From NCBI GenBank assembly GCA_963827235.1, contig CAWHAE010000018.1, positions 320,001 through 384,000 of the forward strand: 64,000 nucleotides of DNA, given 5' to 3'. The notes under the pieces are model-generated. The model ran no database searches, was not told the DNA's origin, and saw nothing but the letters and a program-made list of their open reading frames with translations. The position numbers and the translations under genes are program-made. This document shows positions 10,313-18,651 of this stretch, piece by piece; position 1 is the stretch's first letter, and every line of letters begins with the position of its first letter. The DNA is from an uncultured bacterium. GTDB lineage: Bacteria; Chloroflexota; UBA5177; JANWHV01.

Positions 10313-10577
10313 CTCGAGCCCTCCTCGCGACTTCTCCTGCCGCGAACGGAGCGGTCGCGGTCGAGGATTCGCACTGAGATCCCGCCGGCTGCCCAGGATA
10401 CCGGCCGATCACCGGATGGGCGCAGGCACATGATGCCGCGGAAAGCCAGCCTCGAACCGCGACGCCTACATCTCCCGACCCCGAGCCGGGTGCAGCCGCG
10501 CAGACATGACCGCGCCTGGCTCCCGCGGTTCCGCGGGCTCCGGCCGGCGACTGTCCGGCAGGTACCGCCGAAGCCGG

Positions 10578-11414
10578 TCAGGCTACGCCCGCGTGCTCCA
10601 CCATGGCTGCGCTCTTCTCCCAGAGGCCCCTGGCCAGTTCGGCGTCGTCCGCCTGCTTGTTGGCCTTCGCAACCTTCCTCTTCTCGTAGTATTCGCCCGA
10701 TTGCCAGTCCTTGCCGGGGGTTCCCTGAGCAAGCCAGACCATGCAGTCCGCGCCCTTATCCGGCCGGATCAGCGCGAGACGCTTGAGCGGTGTGCGGTAG
10801 AGGAATCGCATCAAGCTCGTGGTGTCCGATGCGAAGCTCGTCGCCACGTTGCCCGGATGAAAGGCGGCGGCGGACAGGCCCCGGTCCCGGAACCGGCGGT
10901 GCAGCTCCTTCGTAAACAGGATGTTGGCGAGCTTGCTGTCGCCGTACGCCTTGTTGGCGGAATACTTCTTATCGTTGTTGAGATCGTCCAGATCGATGTG
11001 GCCGAACAGACGATTCGCCACGCTGGACGTCTGGATCACCGAGGCCTTGCTGCCGATCAGGGTGTCCATGAGCAGGCTGGTGAGCAGAAATGGCGAGAGA
11101 TGGTTGACCTGCAGCGTCTTTTCAAACCCGTCCACGGTGCGGTTCCGCTCACCGAAGATGCCGCCAGCGTTGTTCATCAGGACGTCGATCTGCTTGTATC
11201 TCGCCTTCAGCTCGGACGCCAGTCTTCGTACCTCCTCGAATCGGGTGAAGTCGGCTATGAAGCAGGTGGCGCCGATCTCCGCGGCGACCACCTTGGTCTT
11301 CTTCGCGGAGCGTCCGACCACGACGACGTTCTCGCCGCTTGCCTTGAGGCTTCGGGCGGCCGCGGCGCCGATGCCGTCGCTGGCTCCCGTTATGATGATG
11401 GTCCTGTTTCTCAT
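10578..11414 (-). CDS. SDR family NAD(P)-dependent oxidoreductase
   Basis: TGASDGIG, NNAG, YGDSK, FHPG. Confidence 0.92.
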   Translation of the reverse strand: MRNRTIIITGASDGIGAAAARSLKASGENVVVVGRSAKKTKVVAAEIGATCFIADFTRFEEVRRLASELKARYKQIDVLMNNAGGIFGERNRTVDGFEKTLQVNHLSPFLLTSLLMDTLIGSKASVIQTSSVANRLFGHIDLDDLNNDKKYSANKAYGDSKLANILFTKELHRRFRDRGLSAAAFHPGNVATSFASDTTSLMRFLYRTPLKRLALIRPDKGADCMVWLAQGTPGKDWQSGEYYEKRKVAKANKQADDAELARGLWEKSAAMVEHAGVA

Positions 11415-11839
11415 GATGGCTCCCTTGCCCTTCTAGAACGCCTGGAGATCGTACGCGTGGTCCGGGCCGGCACAGACGCGATGAGCATCCCGAACGGTCG
11501 CGAGAACTGCCCCGGCCGGCGACAAGTGATCGCCCGCTTTCTACCTGCCCACCGGCCCGGGGAGCGCCGGCGCAGGCACCATTCGCCCGCGCGGCTTGCA
11601 TGCGATCGAGCCTCGCCGGGTACGCGGGGCGCAGACTCGTCGGACTCTGCGCAGCACGCCTCATGCGCACCGGGTTGCCGGTGGGCGCTCGATCGCTCAT
11701 AGCTGCAAGGATACATCGAGTACGTGGCGAGAGACCGGTCGCTCCTCTGGCGCAACGCGTAGTTGCCGGACCTGTTATGCCTAAAGAGAGCGGGGCCTGG
11801 CACTGATCCCCGCTGCCACGCATGCGTAAAGGACGAGCG

Positions 11840-12328
11840 ATGACGACAGAGACAACACCGGCCGTCGGCCAACCGGCTCCCGCTTTCACATTGCCCACGA
11901 CCGGCGGCCAGACCATTTCTCTCGAGGACTACAAGGGCAAGCAGGCCGTGGTACTGTACTTCTACCCGGCGGACGACACGCCGGGCTGCACCAAGGAGGC
12001 ATGCGCCTTCCGCGATATGGGTAGCCAGTTCGCGGACGCCGGGGCCGTAATCCTCGGCGTGAGCCCGGATCCCGTCGACTCCCACGCGAAGTTTGCCGGC
12101 AAGTATTCGCTCAACTTCCCCCTGCTGGCAGACACGGATACGGCCGTAACCAGGGCATACGGCGCCTGGGGTGAGAAGACCAGCTACGGCAAGACGTCCG
12201 TAGGGCTGATCAGGACGACGTTCGTGATCGACCGCCAGGGCATCATCCGGCAGGTCTTCCCAAAAGTGAAGGTCGATCAGCACGCCGACGAGGTGCTCGA
12301 CGCAGTGCGCGGGTTGAGCGTCAGCTGA
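11840..12328 (+). CDS. bcp: BCP/PrxQ peroxiredoxin
   Basis: YFYPADDTPGCTKEACAFRD. Confidence 0.92.
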   Translation: MTTETTPAVGQPAPAFTLPTTGGQTISLEDYKGKQAVVLYFYPADDTPGCTKEACAFRDMGSQFADAGAVILGVSPDPVDSHAKFAGKYSLNFPLLADTDTAVTRAYGAWGEKTSYGKTSVGLIRTTFVIDRQGIIRQVFPKVKVDQHADEVLDAVRGLSVS

Positions 12329-12335
12329 TCGCTGC

Positions 12336-12902
12336 TCAGGTCTCCCGCGCCAGGCTCAGGCGGCGGCGGTAGGTGCGCGTCTTGCTGCGGTTCCCGCATT
12401 CGGCCATGGCGCACCACACCCTGGATTGGTTGCGTGACCGGTCGAAGAACGCCCACCGGCACGTCTCATCGCGGCAGGCCTTCAACTGGAGCCAGCTCCG
12501 GTCGACAATCGACCTGACCATGGCGGCAAGGATCTGCCCGAGGGCGCCCGCCACGCCGCCCGCGACCGGCGTTACCTCGAGCTGGTCCGCGGCACAGAGC
12601 CGTATGACCAGACCCGACGCCGCCAGCGCCCGATCGAGAACCCGAATCGCGTCGTCCGGCACCGAGTAGCCGTTGTGCTCGAGCAGATGCGCGCGCAACG
12701 CCTCTCTGACGGCCAGCACCCAGGCGTGGTCGTCCGCCGTCAGAGAGGTACCGAAAGGCAGCAGGCCCCGCCGTACGAGCCACGCCTCGGCCTGAAGCGG
12801 GCTTCCCAGCTCCTCTCGATCGTAGGCGGGACAGCCGGTGTTGACGAATTCCTCGATCAACGCCACGTCTTCTGGCATGCGCTCGACCAACCCCAACACC
12901 AT
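12336..12902 (-). CDS. ABATE / CGNR zinc-finger domain protein (putative regulator)
   Basis: N-terminal FVNT; C-terminal LKACRDETCRWAFFDRSRNQSRVWCAMAECGNRSK. Confidence 0.88.
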   Translation of the reverse strand: MVLGLVERMPEDVALIEEFVNTGCPAYDREELGSPLQAEAWLVRRGLLPFGTSLTADDHAWVLAVREALRAHLLEHNGYSVPDDAIRVLDRALAASGLVIRLCAADQLEVTPVAGGVAGALGQILAAMVRSIVDRSWLQLKACRDETCRWAFFDRSRNQSRVWCAMAECGNRSKTRTYRRRLSLARET

Positions 12903-12964
12903 CGGCTTCCCCTCGCCACAGCGGGCGCGACTGTGTACGGTGAGTACGGTACCACCGGTGCCCG

Positions 12965-13008
12965 TTGACAGGAAAGCAAACACCACCATACTATGGGATG
13001 GTGGTGTT
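12965..13008 (+). promoter_or_regulatory. Sigma70-like promoter overlapped by an 11-bp inverted repeat
   Basis: TTGACA (12965), 18 bp, TACTAT (12989); aacaccaccat-N8-atggtggtgtt at 12979-13008. Confidence 0.5.
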
Positions 13009-13205
13009 GCAAGCCGGTACGCCGCACATGCCTCGTGCCACCCAGCCGGTGAGCAGTGGCGCGCGGGTGTCCGGAGCGCGCTAGCATTGGACTCTTAACT
13101 TTACGTCGGCACCTTATCGGTGCGCATTGCTCCATGTGGGAGCAGGCGGTACGCTGTGCGGTACCGCCGGCATGCGGTGCACCTGCTGGGTAGGCGGAGA
13201 GTACG

Positions 13206-14942
13206 ATGGCGCAGTCAGGATCCGGCGACTCGTTCGGCCTTCGAGCACGGCATGCGCTTGCCGCGGCTCTTGGGCACTCTGAGTTCGCGGACCTGCTGCC
13301 CGGTCTGCCGCGCCTCAGGCCGTGTGAGGGCGCGCCGGCACCGAACGACTCCATGGCCGGCGTCCTTCGACCGTATTGCCGGTGGCTGTGGCGGCAGCGC
13401 GCCCAGGTGTTGCTCGCGCGAGCTGCGCTGGTCGCTTCCGCCTATATCCTCGTCGCGCACTACGTGCTGATCCGCCTGCTTCCGTCAGCGGCAGATGCCC
13501 TCGTCTGGCTACCGGCGCTCGTCCTCGTGTTCGGCGCAGGCTGGCTCGCCGCGGCCAACAGACCGGGGATCCACGAGACCGCCTGTTGGCTTGACCGCCG
13601 CTTCGAACTCCACGACCAGCTCGGCACCGCCTTGGAGCTCGGCGAGGGTGCAGGCAAAGGGTCGTTAGCGCAGCGCCAGGCTATCGCCGCTATGGTCGTG
13701 GCGGGCAGACTGCCTTCCCAGCCCATGGAGGTGCGGCACGCGGGTCCCTGGCTGCTTGCCGGCGCAGTGCTGGCCGCCGGCCTGCTCAGCATGGTGATTC
13801 CCGGCCACGTGATCACCAACGCTCAGCCCGCGTCCCCGGCCGGACCGGCTTCGCGCGCGACTGCTTTGCCCAGACCGGCTGCCCGTGCCGCTACCGGCCG
13901 GCTGCTTCATCCGCAGGCGCCGCTGAAGCTCCCGCCGTCGGCCACGCGACCAAGTGCGCGCGGAGGCAGTAAAGCTGCCGCCACGAGCGTGCCGCTGCTC
14001 TCCTCGTCGCTGCAGATCCGGCTCGCGCCCGACTCCGGGGCAACCACACAGCAGACCGCTGGAGGCGCGCCTCGCGTCGGCAGCCTGCCTAGCGGGTCTT
14101 CGCAAGGCACGAAGGCTGCGCGGCAGCCGGCCTCGACCGGCTCGCAGAGCCAATCCGCCCAGCAGCAGACCGGCTCCGGCTCCTCGAGCTCGTCGAATCG
14201 GCAGGGTTCTTCACAGCAGAACGGCACTAGCGGCACCAGCCAGGGTCAACAGGGTTCCGCCAATACGAACGATCAGTCGCAGCAGGGCAACCAACAGCAA
14301 TTGAGCGATGGCGCCCAGACCCTGCCCGATCAATCACCTGCCGGATCGACGTCGCCGGGCGGGCAGGGCCAGACCGGACAGCCTCCGGCGCAGTCCTCGA
14401 CGCAATTGTCCGGCCGCTCGGGCGGCACTCCACAGGCGAACCCTTTCGGCGCCGATCCCGCCGCACCGAAACACAAGTCGAGCCAGCCGCCACCGTCGAA
14501 CAGCACGAAATACGTGAAGCGGGGCCAGACGTCCGCTAACTCGGCTCAGCTGCATGGATCGACGGGCACGCAGCAGGGAGTCCGCACCGGCGGCAAGTCC
14601 GGCGACTCTCCCGACGACCGGCCATACAACCGGTCGGGTTCGTCCCAATCGCCGTCGCCCGGCGGCGTACGCGCCGGTAGCGGCAAGGGAACGCTGAAGG
14701 GGCCGGTGCACACAACTACCATCCAGGTCGAAGGAAAGCCGACTACAGGCAACAGCGGCGGACAGGCGCCGGACCTGGTACGGGTGGTTCCCTACGGCGC
14801 GCAGCCGGGAGAGGCCGCGCAAGGACCCGCCGGCACCGGCTCGGCCACGGTAGAGGGCTATGTGCCGGAGCAGTCGATCGTATTGCCGCCGGACGAGCAG
14901 GCCCTCGTGCAGGCCTACTTCAGCAGTGGATCGAGCTCATGA
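13206..14942 (+). CDS. Membrane protein with long Gln/Ser/Gly/Pro-rich tail, first gene of MoxR-vWA operon
   Basis: About 3 TM segments; LDRRFELHDQLGTALE motif; low-complexity tail; C-terminal LPPDEQALVQAYF; ATGA overlap with MoxR gene. Confidence 0.75.
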   Translation: MAQSGSGDSFGLRARHALAAALGHSEFADLLPGLPRLRPCEGAPAPNDSMAGVLRPYCRWLWRQRAQVLLARAALVASAYILVAHYVLIRLLPSAADALVWLPALVLVFGAGWLAAANRPGIHETACWLDRRFELHDQLGTALELGEGAGKGSLAQRQAIAAMVVAGRLPSQPMEVRHAGPWLLAGAVLAAGLLSMVIPGHVITNAQPASPAGPASRATALPRPAARAATGRLLHPQAPLKLPPSATRPSARGGSKAAATSVPLLSSSLQIRLAPDSGATTQQTAGGAPRVGSLPSGSSQGTKAARQPASTGSQSQSAQQQTGSGSSSSSNRQGSSQQNGTSGTSQGQQGSANTNDQSQQGNQQQLSDGAQTLPDQSPAGSTSPGGQGQTGQPPAQSSTQLSGRSGGTPQANPFGADPAAPKHKSSQPPPSNSTKYVKRGQTSANSAQLHGSTGTQQGVRTGGKSGDSPDDRPYNRSGSSQSPSPGGVRAGSGKGTLKGPVHTTTIQVEGKPTTGNSGGQAPDLVRVVPYGAQPGEAAQGPAGTGSATVEGYVPEQSIVLPPDEQALVQAYFSSGSSS

Positions 14943-15919
14943 TCACGCCAGAGGATTTCCAGGAAAACGCCCGGCGCATACTCCAGGAGATCGCCACTGT
15001 GATCGTCGGCCAGGAGTCGGTGAGCCGCGGTGTGCTGACCGCGCTGGTCGGGAATGGCCATGTGTTGCTCGAAGGAGTGCCCGGCTTGGGCAAGACCAGC
15101 CTCGTCCGGGCCTTCGCCGGGGCACTGGGACTCCAGTTCGGCCGCATCCAGTTCACGCCCGACCTCATGCCTGCCGACATCACGGGAACCAACATCGTCT
15201 CCGAGGATGAGATGGGCCGCCGCAGCCTCACCTTTCAGCGAGGGCCAGTGTTCGCCAACCTGGTCCTGGCCGACGAGATCAACCGTGCTACGCCCAAGAC
15301 GCAGAGCGCCCTGCTCGAGGCGATGCAGGAGCGCACGGTGACCGCGGGTGCCGTCTCCCACCCCTTGCCCGACCCCTTCTTCGTGCTGGCTACGCAGAAT
15401 CCCATCGAGATGGAAGGCACCTACCCGTTGCCGGAAGCACAGCTCGATCGTTTCTTCTTCAAGCTGCTCGTGACCTACCCCTACCGGGGCGAGCTGGCCA
15501 CCATCGTGCGCCGCACCTCGGTCACCGGTGCAGCCGTCCCGCATCCCGTGGCCGGCGGCGACACGCTGATCGCCATGAACCGGCTGGTGTGCGAAGTGCC
15601 CATGGCCAGCCACATCCTGGACTACGCGGTGCGGATTGTCCTGGCCACCCAGCCGGAGCTGCAGGGCGCGCCGGAGATAACCCGCAAGTACATTCGTATC
15701 GGCGCCAGCCCGCGTGGCGCGCAGGCGATCACGCTGGCCGGTCGCATCTACAGCTTGATGGACGGACGGTTCAACCTCTCCTTCGACGACGTGCGCGCGG
15801 CAGTGCACCCGGCGCTTCGCCATCGGATTTCTCTGAACTTCGAAGCGGAGGCGCGCGGGCTGACCGCCGACGCCATCCTGGATCAGATCGTCGGCAGTGT
15901 GCCGGAGGTACCGCAATGA
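14939..15919 (+). CDS. MoxR family AAA+ ATPase
   Basis: HVLLEGVPGLGKT, RIQFTPDLMPAD, LADEINRA, TQNPIEMEGTYPLPEAQLDRF. Confidence 0.95.
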   Translation: MITPEDFQENARRILQEIATVIVGQESVSRGVLTALVGNGHVLLEGVPGLGKTSLVRAFAGALGLQFGRIQFTPDLMPADITGTNIVSEDEMGRRSLTFQRGPVFANLVLADEINRATPKTQSALLEAMQERTVTAGAVSHPLPDPFFVLATQNPIEMEGTYPLPEAQLDRFFFKLLVTYPYRGELATIVRRTSVTGAAVPHPVAGGDTLIAMNRLVCEVPMASHILDYAVRIVLATQPELQGAPEITRKYIRIGASPRGAQAITLAGRIYSLMDGRFNLSFDDVRAAVHPALRHRISLNFEAEARGLTADAILDQIVGSVPEVPQ

Positions 15920-15937
15920 CGGCGGCTGAGGTGACCG

Positions 15938-16879
15938 GTGAATTGGCTCTCGCGACTTCGTCGTGAGGCGTGGCGTGGCTGGGCGGATCCGGCAGACCCC
16001 GATCCCGAGGAGCCGCTGCTGAGCAGCGCCTTTCTCAAGCGCGTCGAGAGCCTCAGTCTCAGCGTCGGCCGTCGCAGCACCACAGGCTTCGTCGGCGAGC
16101 ACTCAAGCGTCCGCAAGGCGCACTCGGTAGAATTCGCGGACTATCGCGACTACCGGCCGGGTGACGACATGCGGTTGATCGACTGGAACGTCTATGCCCG
16201 GCTCGGCCAGCTCACGCTCCGCCTCACCGAGGCGGCCGAGGCCACCACGCTCCACCTGCTGATCGACTGCAGCGCTTCCATGGCCTTCGGCGCGCCTACC
16301 AAATTTCGCACGGCGCAACGGGTCGCCGCCGCCCTCGGCTGTCTGGCGCTCGCCCGCTACGATAGCGTGGTGATCGCGCTCCTTCGAGGTGACACGGCAC
16401 AGGTGCTGCCACGCCTGCGGGCGAAAAACGAGACTGGGCGGCTGCTATCGGTGCTGGAGAACCTCCGCGCGCAGGGCGACCTCGATCTTCCAGCCGCCCT
16501 GCGCTCGTTCAGCTCGAAATCGCGCCGTGGCCTGTGCGTGCTGATATCGGACCTCATGGCACCGATCAGTCTGGAAGAGCATCTTGGCACCTTGCGGCAT
16601 ATCGGGCTGGAGCCGGTCGTCGTGCACGTGCTGGCACCCGACGAGGTGCAGCCGAAAATCGAGGGCGCGCTCGACCTGGTGGATTGCGAGACGGGATCCA
16701 CGCTGCTGACGGACGTCAACGCCCAGGCACTCAAGGCGTACGCGGCGCGATTCGCCGGCTGGACGGCCGAGCTGGAATCAGCCTGTCTGCTGAAGCACAC
16801 TACGCTGCTTCGCCTGCTGACCACTCAGCCTCTGGAAGAGGCGCTGTTTGCGGCCATTCGCGGGAGGCTGGTGCAATGA
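15938..16879 (+). CDS. DUF58 domain protein
   Basis: EFADYRDYRPGDDMRLIDWNVYAR, IDCSASM, ISD. Confidence 0.9.
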   Translation: MNWLSRLRREAWRGWADPADPDPEEPLLSSAFLKRVESLSLSVGRRSTTGFVGEHSSVRKAHSVEFADYRDYRPGDDMRLIDWNVYARLGQLTLRLTEAAEATTLHLLIDCSASMAFGAPTKFRTAQRVAAALGCLALARYDSVVIALLRGDTAQVLPRLRAKNETGRLLSVLENLRAQGDLDLPAALRSFSSKSRRGLCVLISDLMAPISLEEHLGTLRHIGLEPVVVHVLAPDEVQPKIEGALDLVDCETGSTLLTDVNAQALKAYAARFAGWTAELESACLLKHTTLLRLLTTQPLEEALFAAIRGRLVQ

Positions 16880-18642
16880 GCTTCACTCAGCCCCTCGCGC
16901 TTTTCGGCCTGCTGCTGGTTCCCTTGCTGATCTCGTTCTACATGTGGCGCGCGCGCCACCGTCGCCAGTACGTCTCCAGCACCTGGCTGTGGAGCGAGGC
17001 ACTGGCCGACTACAGCCACACGCCGCACCATCGCCTACCGTTGCGCGAGCCACTCCTGGCCCTGCAGCTGCTGGCAGTGCTGCTGCTCACCTTCCTGTTT
17101 GCCGGGCCGCGCCTCTCCGAGCCGGCGCACGTGCACCAGATCGTGGTCCTGGATGGATCGGCAGCCATGGCGGCAACCGACGTCACTCCGACGCGCTTTG
17201 CCGTGGCGAGACGGCGCGTCGAAGCGATGATCGGAAGCCTGGGGCCTTCGGATAGCATGAGCGTGATCCTGGCCGGCCCTCACGCGCGACTCGTGGGTGA
17301 GATACCCGGCAACGTGGATCTCGCCGCGGCCGTCGACCGCTTGGCCGCGTCGCAGGGTCCTGCCGACCTCGCCGGCGCCGAGGCCGTCGCCCGCGGACTG
17401 GTCACGGGAAAAGGCTCACCGCGCATCACATACCTCGCGGCGCAAGAAACGCCGCCGTTTGCCGCGGGCGGCATTCCACTGTCGACCGAGCGAATAGGCA
17501 GCGCTCCGCTGAACGATCAGAGTGTCGGCGATCTCGCCGTCCGCTGCCCGGCGGGTGCGGGAGCGTGCCAGGCATTCGCCCGCGTGCGCAACAGCTTCGG
17601 CATGGCCCGGCAGGACACGCTTGCCGTGTGGGTGGACGGACGCTCGCTCGGCAGCCAGGCTCTCTCTATTCCGGCGCAAGGCTCCCTCGACCTGACGTTT
17701 ACCGTGCCCGCCGGGGCGCACGTGGTCAAAGCGTCGCTTCTGCACGCGGATGCCGTCGCGTCCGACAACACTGCGTGGGCGCTCGTCCCCACGCCCCTGT
17801 CGCGAAGAGTGCTGCTCGTGGCGGATGATCCGGGCCAGCTGCTCACTGCCTTGCGCGCCGTTCCCGGCCTGTCCGTGCAGGTAACGCCGACCACCGCGTT
17901 CCAGTACTCGGGCTATCAGCAGTATGACCTCGTCGTCCTGGACGGATTCCCACCGGACAACTTTCCGCCCATTCCCCTCCTGATCGTCAATCCACCCGCA
18001 TCTTCCACGTCGCTCACCGTCAAGAAAGGGAACGTCTTCCTTTCGGCCAGCACGATCGCTACGAGCGATCCGCTCGTGCAGGGCCTGGACCTGTTCGGGC
18101 TCTCCGTCACCGGGGAGAGCCTGACCGTGCCGCCCTGGGCGCATGTGATCGTCGGCAGCGCCAACGGCCCCATCCTGGCCGCCGGCTCATGGTCCGGCGC
18201 GCGTACGGCGATACTACCGTTCGACGCCGGCCATAGCCTGCTGGCCCAGAATCTCGCCTTTCCGCTACTGGTCACCAGGCTGGTGGACTGGCTGGTGCCG
18301 CAGGTAGCCGCCGGAGTGACCGCCGGCGATTCGGTGACCCTGCCAAGCGACGTCGCCTCGGTCGCCAATCCGTCGGGCGCGGTGGAGACCGGCCAGGCCG
18401 TGGCCGCCGACCTGCCCGGCGTCTACACGGTCGCCTCGGGCACGGGAGCGAGAACGCCCGGTCAGGCACTCTTCACCGCTAACGCCTCGATGCCCGGAGC
18501 CGCCATCACGGCGGAAGGTGGCACGACCTGGGCCCGGCCCGGCAGCCCGGGGCAGATGCTGGCGGACGCGTGGCCGCTTGCCCTCGTACTGGCGCTGCTG
18601 GCGCTGGGCGCCGAATGGTGGTTCTATGCCATGCGAACGTGA
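16876..18642 (+). CDS. BatA N-terminal + vWA domain membrane protein
   Basis: MSFTQPLALFGLLLVPLLI..VSSTWLW BatA-like start; VLDGSAAM; C-terminal TM ending EWW; ATG 16876 overlaps DUF58 stop. Confidence 0.85.
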   Translation: MSFTQPLALFGLLLVPLLISFYMWRARHRRQYVSSTWLWSEALADYSHTPHHRLPLREPLLALQLLAVLLLTFLFAGPRLSEPAHVHQIVVLDGSAAMAATDVTPTRFAVARRRVEAMIGSLGPSDSMSVILAGPHARLVGEIPGNVDLAAAVDRLAASQGPADLAGAEAVARGLVTGKGSPRITYLAAQETPPFAAGGIPLSTERIGSAPLNDQSVGDLAVRCPAGAGACQAFARVRNSFGMARQDTLAVWVDGRSLGSQALSIPAQGSLDLTFTVPAGAHVVKASLLHADAVASDNTAWALVPTPLSRRVLLVADDPGQLLTALRAVPGLSVQVTPTTAFQYSGYQQYDLVVLDGFPPDNFPPIPLLIVNPPASSTSLTVKKGNVFLSASTIATSDPLVQGLDLFGLSVTGESLTVPPWAHVIVGSANGPILAAGSWSGARTAILPFDAGHSLLAQNLAFPLLVTRLVDWLVPQVAAGVTAGDSVTLPSDVASVANPSGAVETGQAVAADLPGVYTVASGTGARTPGQALFTANASMPGAAITAEGGTTWARPGSPGQMLADAWPLALVLALLALGAEWWFYAMRT

Positions 18643-18651
18643 GGCGCTTCG

